A stretch of DNA of 64,000 nt from Octopus sinensis (taxonomy: Eukaryota): NCBI RefSeq assembly GCF_006345805.1, contig NC_043005.1, positions 70,742,001-70,806,000 of the forward strand, given 5' to 3'. The notes below the pieces were generated by a model. That model ran no database searches and was not told where the DNA came from. It saw nothing but the letters and a program-made list of their open reading frames with translations. Made by a program: the position numbers and the translations under genes. Of the stretch, positions 52,609 to 64,000 are shown piece after piece (the stretch's first letter is position 1; every line of letters starts with the position of its first letter).

Positions 52609-52655
52609 TGTCAGTGAACAGGTCGCAGTCTTATAGCGACAAAAATATTTTGACA
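52609..52655 (+). ncRNA. Type I hammerhead-like fold with G3:C8 core swap (GUGAACA) and G12A
   Basis: TGTCA / GTGAACA-G / GTCGC-AGTCTTATA-GCGAC / AAAA / A-TA-T-T-T / TGACA; perfect 5-bp stems I and II, palindromic stem III (AATATT). Confidence 0.55.
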
Positions 52656-54054
52656 AATTAAACTTAAATGTTGAAGTGAATCGAATGGCTTTTGTGTGTT
52701 TCTTAAATGGCTTATAAACACCTTCCACGCTGCAATTGTTTTCGTTCCAGCACACGATCTCAGATCAAATCACTTGCTATGCAAGTACATTTCCGTAATA
52801 ATTCTTCACTAGATGCAAAATGTTGACAGCTACTACAAGTTGCTAGAAATAGAGACAAGGGACATCTATGGAAGTGATGTGTCAGAAATCAATGTTTGTG
52901 TGTGTCTGTGTAGTTCGTCTGAGATCAGTAGTCTACCGTGGCACTTTGAACATTTCTCTCGGGTCTCTACGAGACCTTTCTCATTTACCTGCTAGGCCTT
53001 TCTCCCTTGTGTTTCTGTTGGCCATCGTATTTATAATAATTGTTGCAGGTAGAAGGACAGACATACCGCAACAGGGTTTGTACCTAAATAGGTCAGCTGC
53101 TGTCCATTTGAACTTTGCCTGACATGGCTGAGGCGGTAGATCAAAGGGAGATGATCAATCACTTTTTGACAGGACAAAGGAAACCATTTTTTGAGCCTTT
53201 TGATCATGGTGGTTTGGACGACCGAAAATTCTTAGATTCGGTTTTGAATCTAGGCTTGGAGAAGGAAGTGTTAATTTTTACAGATTGGAGCAACAAGAAA
53301 TAAAGTGTCTTGCTCAGAACATACCACCAGGAATCGAACACATGACCTTACAACCATGAACAAGATACCCTAGTCTCAATCATGGGTACAACATATGAAA
53401 AAATTATTCCCCTCAGTTACTAGTCTAACCAATTTTTCAACTCATATAATCAGTTTTCTGTGAGCCAATGATGGAGACCATAAAAACAACAGCTGAAAAT
53501 ACTAGAAATAGCAGCCAAATTTTCCTTAAATCAAAACTTACGTTCTTGTCAAAGAAAACATTAGATAATATTGTCCATGATACATTCTGACTCACAACAA
53601 AGTGAGTTGGTTATGGAAAGATTGCCATTTCTCAGAGGTTTGCTTCAACAAGGCTGGCCTACAGCTAAAGAGCTAAAACAACAGCTGGTCTACACCATAC
53701 CAGCCTATCGATGACTGCTTCAGTTAATTTTCCATTATGCAACAGATATCTTTCAGAAAGGTAAGTTGGCCACAGATTTACTATGAAGCAGATTTTCTAT
53801 CTTGTCAAATTTAGGTGATAATCATAATTATTTCTATTATATATTTTCTGTTTGACTGAAATATTTAATCATTTTGATATGATGTAAGCTTAGAGTTTAA
53901 GTTGAGTTGATCGGTATAAATAGACACACAAACACACACACACACACATGTGCATATACAGATAGATAAAACATACATACACACATATACATATATAAAT
54001 GAATTTGTATACATATTTGTGTATGTATGTATGTGAATAAGTGTGTGTTTGTAC

Positions 54055-54087
<33 letters not shown>

Positions 54088-54726
54088 CATGCATACATTT
54101 AAATACATATAAGCACACGCACACACACACACATGTACACACACATATATATGTATGTATGTATATATATATATAAATGTATGTATGTGTATTATATAAA
54201 TTAACAAGTGTGAGATGGAAAATAAAAAATGAAAATATATAACTATACATAGAACAGCATTAATATATACGTGTGTGTGTGTATAATATAAATATATATA
54301 ATGCCATAAATGATGATGATGATGATGATTATGATGAAGATGATGTAAAACCAATTTGTTTCGTTTGCCTAAATGTTTAACACATTTCTATCTTGTCAAA
54401 TTCAATGTTATCATAATGGTTACTATTATAATTTCAATATTATTAGTGAAATATTTAATTATGTTGACAAGACACTATCTGAGTTTTAATGGGAGAGTGG
54501 ATAGATTTAAATAATTAGCTAGTGTGCATGAATGCATGCATGGGTGGGTGGAGGTGGGGTGGGTGTTTATGAATAATATTCGTGATGCGAATATTTTGGT
54601 TATGGAAACGTTTCGACATCCAAGGGTTTAGTAAAAGCTCTTTCTTACTCTCTTCCTCACTTTTTATGCCTCGGCCAATGAAACGTACAGGGTTGGCCAA
54701 AGAGGCACCCGACAGTAAATCAAAAT

Positions 54727-55200
54727 TCCGTAAATCATCATCACCATCATCCCTTCTTCCTCCTTATCATCATTATCTTCCTCCTCCTCATCATCATCAG
54801 CAGCAGCAGCATCACCATCATCACCATCACCATCATCATCATCATCATCATCATCATCACCATCATCATCACCAATTACCATCTGTTGTCCATGCTGGCA
54901 TGGGTTGGACGGTTTGACTAGGCTGGTACTCTGGAAGGCTGCACCAGGATCCAGTCTGATTTGGCATGGTTTTATATGGCTGGATGCCCTTCCTAACGTC
55001 AACCACTCCGAAAGTGTAATGGGTGCTTTTACGTACTACTGGCATGGGTGCCATTTCCATGACACTGGTATCTGCCACAACTGTGATTTTGCTTGGTTTG
55101 ATGGGTCTTCTTTTTAAGTACAGCATAATGCCAAAGGTCTCAATAATTGCCTCCATGAGGCCCAATGCTCAAAAGGAACTCAACCACCTCACCTCCATGA
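54727..55200 (-). mobile_element. RTE 3' end with expanded (GAT)n tail
   Basis: Family match, close to the 1520 subtype. Confidence 0.8.
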
Positions 55201-55338
55201 GGCTCATATTTGTAATTCTATATTGACTCAAATGGAAAGATGTCACTCAAGAAGGATTTTAGTTTGAACAATTTTCATGATGTTTCATATTTAGATGCTT
55301 TTATTAAATTCATTCAGTTGTTACACATAAATAAATCT

Positions 55339-55498
55339 ACATTATTTACATTATTTACAGTTGACGGATATTTGTCCTCATCTTGTTTGTTGTTAACAAA
55401 ATGTTTCGGCTGATATACCCTCTAGACTTCTTCAGGTGTCTTGGGGAAATTTTGAACCTGGGTTCTCATTCCTAAGTTATTTTTCAATGTTGTTGTTG

Positions 55499-55540
<42 letters not shown>

Positions 55541-55617
55541 TCACTGCTTGGAATTGAACTCGGAATCTTGGCATTAGTAGCCTGCGCTCTTAACCACTCT
55601 GCCATATGCCCGTAGAT
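55339..55617 (-). mobile_element. tRNA-headed SINE carrying a hammerhead-like module, 12-bp TSD
   Basis: TSD ATAAATAAATCT at 55327-55338 and 55618-55629; A box TGGCAGAGTGG, B box GAGTTCAATTCC; (AAT)n linker; HHR-like body; (TGTAAATAA)n tail. Confidence 0.8.
55395..55440 (-). ncRNA. Decayed minimal type I hammerhead-like motif
   Basis: GACAC / CTGAAGA-A / GTCTA-GAGGGTATAT-CAGCC / GAAA / C-A-T-T / TTGTT; core intact, four stem positions broken. Confidence 0.5.
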
Positions 55618-55799
55618 ATAAATAAATCTTGGAATTAAATGATTCTGATTTACTGTCAGGTGACTTTTGGCCAACTCTGTATGTATATATATATATATAT
55701 ATATACTCATTCATAAATATATATGTGTGTGTGTGTATGTATATATACACATACATACATATATGTGTGTGTGTTGTGTGGGTGTGGGTGTGTGTGTGT

Positions 55800-56010
55800 A
55801 CCACCATCATCATCATCATCATTACCTTTATCATTTTACATGTTTTTCCCACTGGTGCATATTAGACCATTGATCTGGATAGGATGTGTTGGAGAGTTGC
55901 ATCATACTCCAATGTCCTAGCTTAGCATGGTTTCTTTGGCTGGCTGACAATCCTAATGCCAACCACTTCCCAGAATGTTCTGGATACTTCTTTTCATGAT
56001 ACCAGTGCTA
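55800..56010 (-). mobile_element. Old RTE-tail element
   Basis: (ATC)n + CCTAATGCCAACCAC. Confidence 0.5.
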
Positions 56011-56370
56011 ATCACTCCAAAATGTACATCTATTGTGGCTATCAACTCTTTAGACAAATATGACCATCTCTAACAAATTATCTTATTCTTGGAGTCTTTC
56101 AAGTCATTCTTTTTAGTGACCTTAGAACCTTGGGACCTACAATGGCTTTTAAAACATGCAAAGGAATTGCACTTTTTGTTGCAGATGCAGCACCCATACT
56201 CATGTGTTGCAATTGGGTGGTCATTCTGTACAGCACCTTGGCTGTGCACTTTCATGTACCTTATGATTCCAGACTGGACATGCAATTTCAGAGTTATAAA
56301 TCTAATTGTATAGCTTCATATATAGTCACTGAAACATTTAGGAAAGACAGGTAGGAGAAAAGCACATCCT

Positions 56371-56589
56371 CTCTCTTTACTCTTTTACTTGTTTCAGTCA
56401 TTTGACTGCGGCCATGCTGGAGCACCACCTTTAGTCCAGCAAATCGATCCCAGGACTTATTCTTTGTAAGCCTAGTACTTATTCCATCGGTCTCTTTTGC
56501 TGAACCACTGAGTTACGGGGACGTAATCCCGCCAGCATCAGTTGTCAAGCGATGTTGGGGTGACAAACAGAGACACACAAACACACACA

Positions 56590-56641
<52 letters not shown>

Positions 56642-56806
56642 TAAGACTGGCTTCTTTCAGTTTCCGTGGACCAAATCCATTCACAAGGCTTTGGTCGACC
56701 CGAGACTATAGTAAAAGACACTTGCCCAAGGTGCCACACAGTGGGACTGAACCTCAAACCATGTGGTTAGTAAGCAAGCTACTTACCACACAGCCACTCC
56801 TGCGTC
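56371..56806 (-). mobile_element. SINE-A
   Basis: Family match. Confidence 0.85.
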
Positions 56807-56838
56807 TATATGTAGTTATTCTTTGATAAGTTATTCTT

Positions 56839-57077
56839 AGGCGCAGGAGTGGCTGTGTGGTAAGTACCTTGCTTACCAACCACATGGTTCCAGGTTCTTT
56901 CCTATTGCGTGGCATCTTGGGCAAGTGTCTTCTACTATAGCCTCAGGCTGACCAAAGCCGTGTGAGTGGATTTGGTAGATGGAAACTGAAAGAATCCCAT
57001 CGTATGTATGTATGGCAGTGCTCCAGCATGGCCACAGTCAAATGACTGAAACAAGTAAAAGCGTAAAAGAGTAAGAG
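56839..57077 (+). mobile_element. SINE-A with central deletion, head-to-head with previous copy
   Basis: Head and tail present, ~150 bp of body missing. Confidence 0.85.
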
Positions 57078-58459
57078 TAAGTGATCTGGCCCAAATTCTA
57101 TTCCAGTATAGACTTTGCAAAATTTGGCCAAGCAACAAGTGGTGATATTTTACCATGCAATGACTGGAATCTGCAGCTCACATCCAAGTTAAATCCATCC
57201 TATAGCTTTTCACTCAGATTCTTTCAACAAAAATTCACTGAAACTGTTGTAAGTCTAATTTAAGATACTTATGAAACACCCTTGTATTGAATTTCATTCA
57301 GAACGTCATGATTGTAAAACTAAATTCCTAAACACACAGCTATATCTGACTGCTATTAATTTTATCTAAGGCCTCATTGTTTCCAAATTAGTTTGTGTGA
57401 TATTGTATGTATTCTTGCTGAAAATCTGTTTATGGGAAAACATACTGTCAACTAGATTTTGGACACATTGTAAAAAATCATCTAATTTCTAAATCTGTGG
57501 TGTTCTCAAGTAACACAACATAGTTTCATAAAACCCACAAGGGCTTTTGCTCATTAGACTAACAGCATTACATGATACTTCAGATGCAGATGTAATCTTG
57601 ACAAAAAATTTTTTTTTAAATCCATGCCCTTACACAAGTTACAATTCTGATGATATTAAGGCAGGTATAAGGTTTCAAAAATGCTTAAAAAACAAATTAG
57701 AATAGAAACTTGCTGAAAGTATCATTTATTTTCCTTCACATTGTTCAACATTGTAGTTTCAATTGCATGTTTTTTTACTTGTTTAATGCATGTTTTTTTT
57801 TTGTTTTTTTGTATTTTTGCTGAGAGGCTGAAAAAATCACCAGGAAGTGATTACTGAAATCTCTCTTTGTGTAGAGATTTACAAGAAAGAATAAAATAAT
57901 ACGAAAAATGCGATTATAAAGGATTACTAAATTGTTTTGATCTTTGGAATTAATCCATTACTTAAGACATCAAAATTGACTCAATGCTTACAGGCTTTCA
58001 ATAATTGCTTTCACGTCATTCTGATTTATGTCTTTGAATTTATCTTTTACTTTATGCCACACAATTTATTTTATTGTTTTGTTGATTTTTTTTCATTGTT
58101 ATTTTTAATAATATACTGTTTTCTAATTCTATTTTTCATTTTTTTGGTTTTGTTGTGATTGATAATATTTTTCATTTTATTTTTTTATATACTATTTTCT
58201 ATGTGATTTATACTTTATTGATGACAACTTAGAAATAGTTAATAACAACTTAGCTGACTAAATTTCCTAGTAGAATGAGATTATATTTTGCCAAATTCCA
58301 CCATTAATAGAATTAAACCCCAAACATTTTTATTACATAAAAGCAAGAGAAAGAAAAAGAAGAAACACAAAGAAACAATGTCCATTATATATTATAACAT
58401 TACAGGGTTTTAAAAGCACTTTGGAATGATTGTTAATATTTGATTTTTCAAATACAACA

Positions 58460-58563
58460 AACAAATATTATGATATATATATATATATGTTTATTTATAT
58501 ATGTATATATGTTTATTTATATATGTATATATGTTTATTTATATATGTATATATGTTTATTTA

Positions 58564-58619
<56 letters not shown>

Positions 58620-59050
58620 TATATATATACACATATATATATAAACATATATATACACACACATATATAAATAAACATACAAGAAGAAATATCTAGTTAT
58701 TGTATATGGATGATTAAATTTAACACAAAATGAAATGGAATGAATTGAATAAGAACAATAATATAAAAAAATAAATATTCATATGTACTTTATTATAGTG
58801 GTTGTATGAGAGATTTTGTGTACAGTTTTATATTTGTGTCTGCATATACATATGCATGTATGTATGTGTGTATGTATGTATGTATGTATGTATGTATATT
58901 TGTGTATGTTTGCATATGTAAATTTATGAATATACAGACACACTTCTATGTATGTAAACATATATATATGTATATATATATGCACATATATATATGTGTG
59001 TGTGTGTGTGAGTATAACTGTGTGTATGTACACATGCATGTGTGTTTATG
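58460..59050. repeat. (TA)n, 18-bp ATGTTTATTTATATATGT repeats and (TATG)n/(TG)n tracts
   Basis: Direct inspection. Confidence 0.85.
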
Positions 59051-59199
59051 TGTACATGTATATGTCTCTATGTATAAGCAATAGAAAGATGTCACAAAAT
59101 AAGAAGTTACATAATTTCAAGAAGCACAGAAGTAAAACTATTTGTATGAACTAAAAATATCATGAGATTATATCAAAGATATCTACTTCTGCATACATT

Positions 59200-59250
<51 letters not shown>

Positions 59251-59628
59251 TTACTCACACACAGTGTATGTATCTGCAATCATCATCACTGTAAGTTTGT
59301 TTTCCATGTTGGCACTGGCTGGACAAGTTGTTATAGTCTAAGTCAGAGCATATTCAAGAATAATGCTCGGCTTGATATGTTATCACACTTTTGAATCACA
59401 ATTTTGAGTTCCATTCTTTGGGCTTGGTTCTTAAGATTGGATGTCTTCATTAACATTAACTACTTTATAGTGTAATGTATGATTTTTTAGCACCAACATC
59501 AGAGAGGTGTTTTTCCTTCAAAATGATTAAAAAGTCTTCTCAAGCCTACACTTTACTAACTTGCATATACCCCTTGTTGCATTTTCTCTATGCAAAACCT
59601 GTTCCTACTTGTTTGGATATGAACTCAC

Positions 59629-59742
59629 CAGGAAGCTTCTGATTGAGCATACAAAATGCTCAGTAAGTAGTCGACACCCATAGCTAGCAGTTGCATACTG
59701 TCCTTCTCTGCCAAATTGTGAAAGCTTGCCATAATGTTTAAT
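59629..59742 (-). CDS. Candidate internal coding exon of an unidentified host gene (114 bp)
   Basis: Acceptor TTCACTGTGTTTAG, donor CTG|GTGAGT; length divisible by 3; phase-0 frame IKHYGKLSQFGREGQYATASYGCRLLTEHFVCSIRSFL open with AT-rich third positions; no homology recognised. Confidence 0.35.
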
Positions 59743-59879
59743 CTAAACACAGTGAAATTCTTTAGGGGCATATATGTGTTAAATGAACTGAGTGCATTTA
59801 ATTTTTGTGGCAGCAGAATTATAGGAATAGACATGGGGAAGATATGTCCTCACCATAACAAGGGATATGTTTTTACTTC

Positions 59880-60675
59880 AACATAGCCCACTGCCCATGC
59901 CAGTGGGTGTAACCAGCCCACTTATGACTACCCCTCATTCATTGGACAATAAGCTTTGCTTGCGAAGACCTATTGAGGCAAGTGAAATCATAATCAAAAT
60001 CAAAATTGCTAACAGGGCCAATGTCAGTACCACCTGATTGGCATTCATGCCAGTGGAATGTTAAAAGCACATCCAAGAGTGGTGTGTAACTAGTCCACTT
60101 ATGAGTACCCCTCGTTCATTGGACAATAAGCTTTGCTTGCAATGACCTATTGAAGCAAGTGAAATCATAATCAAAATCAAAATCGCTGACGTGGCCGATG
60201 ACTACCGCCTGATTGGCACTCATGCCAGTGGAAATATAAAAAGCACATCTGAGCATGATCGTTGCCAGGGTCACAGATTGGCTCCCATGCTGGTGGCATG
60301 TAAAAAGCACCATTTGTGCGTGATTGTTGTTAAAGTTGCCTTACCGGCACATGTGCTGGTGGCATATGAAAAATAACATTTGAGTGTGGTCATTGCCAGT
60401 GCTGCCAGACTGGCTCCCATTCAGGTAGCATGTAAAAAACACTTTTTGAGTGTGGTCGTTGCCAGAACCACCTGACTGGCCCTCATGCCAGTGGCATGTA
60501 AAAGCACCCACTACACTCTTGGAGTGGTTAGTGTTAGGAAGGGCATCCAGCTGTAGAAACTTTGCCAGATCAGATTGAGCCTGATGCAGTCTTCTGGCTC
60601 ACAGGTCTTCCATCAAACCGTCCAACACATGCCAGCATAGAAAGCAGACGTTAAACAACAATGATGATGATGAGG
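59880..60675 (+). mobile_element. RTE 3' UTR and tail with internal tandem duplications
   Basis: ~95-bp block repeated at ~59915 and ~60092; ~60-bp minisatellite; GGAAGGGCATCCAGCTGTAGAA...GACGTTAAAC + (GAT)n. Confidence 0.8.
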
Positions 60676-62062
60676 ATCTCTTCTCACTCACAAATCTTAC
60701 GTTTTTAGATACTGAAAGACATGAGATAGAGGTATGAATGACTGGGCATGAATAATAGTGGTGAGTCATAAGAGAGATGTGTGATAGGGAAGTGAGTGAC
60801 AGGGTCTTCTGAGACAAGTGTACACATTTAGGCTAATGTAACCTTGAATAAAACTATGACAGAAGGTAGCATGACCTAGGAGATAAAATAAGGTCAAGAG
60901 CTACGATGTGTGTGTGTGTGGGGGAAGAAGCATAAGTGCAACGGCAAAGTTAATGAGCTGGGGATTAGCTATGCAGGAGGGGAGGGTAAAAGTAATTTGA
61001 AAGTGAAAGTAAATCTGTTTAATATGGTTTCTTGTAAATAGACTCTTAGATGAACATGATAGCTGGAGTGATGGGAATTACAGTAATGTGATAGAATAGA
61101 TAGGTTAGTACTAGTTGAAAGTACAAATGAGCTAAGATTGAGCAATAAAGATAAGAGTGAAAAGAAAGTGAGTGAGAGGGAGATGAGAGATTGTCAAGGT
61201 ACTATTAATACCTTCCCTGCTGACTACTCATTCAGCCAAAGAATAGCAATGATTATCTAAATCTGAGGTCAGAGTTGTTTTCAAGATGTATGCATCTAGA
61301 TAAATTTTTATTGTCAAATTGAAAGACAACCCCATCCTCACTAGCTTAGCCTTTCTCCTACTCAGATTCCCTTGTGAGCCGTGGTTTTGTAATATTCACA
61401 AAGGCATGCCTTATACACGGAAGATCTACAAGCTCATTATTAACACTTATATATTTCCAAAGATAAAAGATATTATATCACAGAATAAATGTTTAACTAC
61501 ACTGCCTCAGCCTATCTGGTTGACAATAGACACCACCCCTACACAGCCTTTAAGTACGTGTGTAATTATCAAATTTAATACCAATATAATGAAAATTTAT
61601 GTCTGTTCCTACAATAGTTATAAAATCATTTTATGTATAAGAAGAAACCACTTCAGAACTCTGAAACATCAACCTCTGAGTTTTCTTGAATTTGGGCCAA
61701 AAATTTTCCAATTCATTCCGTTTTTTTCTTTTTTTAAGATTATGACTATTATTATATTTTAAAATAAAATATTTACCTGACATGTTTAATTTATTTCAAG
61801 TATAGAGCTACTTAAAGTTATGTGTTGTACAATCAAAATATGTCATAATTAATTTCAGGGGTTGATAAAAGACAGAAGCCTTAAGGGATAGATATTTCTG
61901 TCTTGCACACACATGACTGTGTGGTTTAAAAGTTCAATTCAAATTTCACTTTACAAATTCCTGGTTTTCAGTTCAGTTCCATTGTGCAGCACATTGCACA
62001 GTTGTCCAAGACCTTATTGGTAGAACTAATAAATGGAAATGGAAAGAAGACCATCGTATATA

Positions 62063-62955
62063 CGAGGTCTGATCAATAAGTATCCAGACTGTTGCTATAG
62101 TAACGAAGCTAAAGTATACAGAGTGAAGCCAATTGGTACAGAATGATCTTGAAGTCTGCTGTGCATGTGCACTAAGTACTAACGTTCTAGCTCACTTTCA
62201 TTGTTTACAGCAGTGCTTGGAAGGAATGAGTGTAGCATGTGATCATCACATTGACCATGACAGAGAAAGTTGTTATGGTGATACCTACTCAGACACCTAT
62301 GCAAAGTTGCTGAAAGTCTATAGCGAGGAGTGTATGAGCCACACATGAGTGTATGAGTGGCTGAGACGTTTCCTAGATGGCTGAAAAAATGTTGATATTG
62401 ATGAACGTTCTGGGGGACTGGCAACCAGCAGAACTGAGAAACAGGTCGCAGATGTGCATACAGCTGAGAGAGGAAATAGTCGAATCACCATCTGTGAGTT
62501 ATCAGAGGATGTGCAGATTAGTTACAGTTCAGTTCAGTCCATTATCACTGAAGATTTGGGTATGGGACACGTGTCTGCCAAGTTTGTACCAAAACTGCTT
62601 TCAACTGACCAAATTGACACTCGGGTTTCAGCCACACAAAATCTTGATAGTGTCAAAAATGATGAAAACTTCTTTGAAAACTTTGTGTTGAACTCATAGC
62701 AGGTATCGCCAAGCTTTTGACAAAATTTGATGCAGATTCTCTGCTCAACTTTCTTCATCATGGTCAATGCGACAATCACACACTACACACCTTCCTTCCA
62801 AGCACTGCTATAAACAACAGAAGTAAGCTAGAATGTTAAAACTTACTGTACTTGCACAACAGCATTCAAGGTTAATCTGTGCCAAGTGGCTTCACTTCAT
62901 GTGCTTTAGCTTCATTACTATGGCCACTGTCCGGATAATTATTGATCAAACCATG
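62063..62955 (+). mobile_element. mariner derivative with two left ends (long inverted arms)
   Basis: TA|CGAGGTCTGATCAATAAGTATCC ... GGATAATTATTGATCAAACCATG|TA; N-terminal transposase KVEQRICIKFCQKLGDT, YEWLRRF, ITICELSEDVQISYSSVQSIITEDLGM.HVSAKFVPKLL; no DDD domain. Confidence 0.9.
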
Positions 62956-63056
62956 TATAAATAAAAATGTGGATGGATGTATGGGTGCACATATATGCTT
63001 GTGTCAGTGCATGTGTATGACATTGCGTGTGCGTGTGTTTGTGTTTCTTTCTACAG

Positions 63057-63279
63057 TTACTCTTTTACTCTTTTACTTGTTTCAGTCATTTGACTGTGGC
63101 CACGCTGGAGTACTGCCTTTTAATTGAGCAAATCGACCCCAAGACTTATTCTTTGTAAGCCTAGTACTTATTCTATCAGTCTCTTTTGCCAAACTGCTAA
63201 GTTACGGGGACATAAACACACCATCATCGGTTGTCAAGCGATGTTGTGGGGACAAACACAGACACACAAACATATACAT

Positions 63280-63318
<39 letters not shown>

Positions 63319-63482
63319 TACGATGGGCTTCCTTCAGTTGCTGGCTACCAAATCCACTCACAAGGCTTTATTTGGCCCGAGGCTATATTAGAAGACACTT
63401 GCCCAAGTGGCCACACAGTGGGAATGAACCCAGAACCAAATGGTTTGCAAGCAAGCTACTTACCACACAGCCACTCCTAGGC
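63057..63482 (-). mobile_element. SINE-A
   Basis: Family match. Confidence 0.85.
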
Positions 63483-63544
63483 TGTTATATATAGGTAGTA
63501 GTTTTTCTATTTAACCATCCTTTCATGTCCAAATCTGTGTGAAT

Positions 63545-63865
63545 GTGCATGGCTTAAAGTTTAGAGGTATTCAGTTCATGATCATAAGATCATTAGTTCA
63601 ATTCCTGGCAGTGCTTTGTACCCTTCAGCAAGACCCTTTATTTCCCACTGTTCCAGTCTATTCAGCTGGCAAAAATGAGTTGTACCTTCATTTCAAAGGG
63701 CCAGCCTTGTCACATTCTGTGTCACACTAAATCTCCCTGAGAACTACATTAAGGGTAGGCATGTCTGTGGAGTGCTCAGCCACATACACTTTAATTTCAC
63801 AAGCAGGCTGTTCTGTTGATCGGATCCACTGGAACTCTTATCTCTGTAACTGATGGAGTGCCAGT
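63545..63865 (+). mobile_element. SINE with different head and SINE-R long tail
   Basis: Head GCATGGCTTAAAGTTTAGAG...GTTCAATTCC, then TTTCAAAGGGCCAGCCTTGTCAC...GATCGGATC shared with 9511 copy. Confidence 0.65.
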
Positions 63866-64000
63866 GAAGTGAAAGATTCCCTCAGGTGAAAGACAGATTG
63901 GGAATCCAGTAGTAAACAATGTTTCAATAGTGTATTAATCAAACCCATGCAAGCATGGAAAAACATATGTAAAAATGAACAAACAAAAGAACGTGTCCAT

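Larger units (their letters stand above)
54688..55679 (+). mobile_element. Tc1/mariner-type MITE (12115 family) with two nested retroelements
   Basis: TA|CAGGGTTGGCCAAAGAGGCACCCGACAGTAAATCAAAA ... GATTTACTGTCAGGTGACTTTTGGCCAACTCTG|TA. Confidence 0.85.

Noticed and set aside
53115-53303. 62-aa ORF MPDMAEAVDQ...
   Set aside because: No recognisable motif or splice signals; probably part of the repeat downstream of the 52609 motif.
53724-53760. 37-bp exon candidate LIFHYATDIFQK with AAG|GTAAGT, superficially like a sugar-transporter motif
   Set aside because: Too short, weak acceptor, no neighbouring transporter exons found.
54575-54640. Minus-strand GTCGAAACGTT plus AATATTCG/CGAATATT hairpin
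   Set aside because: CUGANGA core and stems I and II are not recoverable; too degenerate to call.
56040-56330. CCICNKKC...KSHCR zinc-finger-like peptide
   Set aside because: Most consistent with a decayed RTE C-terminal finger; not a host gene.
61319-61762. 147-aa plus ORF
   Set aside because: Low-complexity AT-rich codons, TTG start, no motif.

Overview
AT-rich eukaryotic non-genic or intronic DNA, very dense in microsatellites and transposable elements. The SINE/LINE repertoire looks like a coleoid cephalopod, most likely an octopus (inference). No host protein-coding gene can be identified with confidence: most ORF-track entries are microsatellite read-throughs or TE fragments, and only a few unassigned candidate exons remain. 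TEs found: three tRNA-derived SINE families (working names SINE-A, SINE-R, SINE-M; about 35 copies), many 3' ends of an RTE LINE with a (GAT)n tail (one expanded into a 1.9-kb hierarchical satellite), a near-intact 5'-truncated CR1-type RT, BovB-like RTE, CRE-like and Hero-like remnants, Tc1, maT (DD37D), mariner, Chapaev3-like, hAT and piggyBac-type DNA elements, and one autonomous plus two non-autonomous Helitrons. The main signal not explained by the ORF track is a set of seven type I hammerhead-ribozyme (HHR) folds from six unrelated repeat contexts. They include a G3:C8 core-swapped variant, a pair inside a 345-bp near-perfect inverted repeat, and one inside a tRNA-headed SINE bounded by a 12-bp TSD. 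All structures were derived by eye and need computational and biochemical confirmation.
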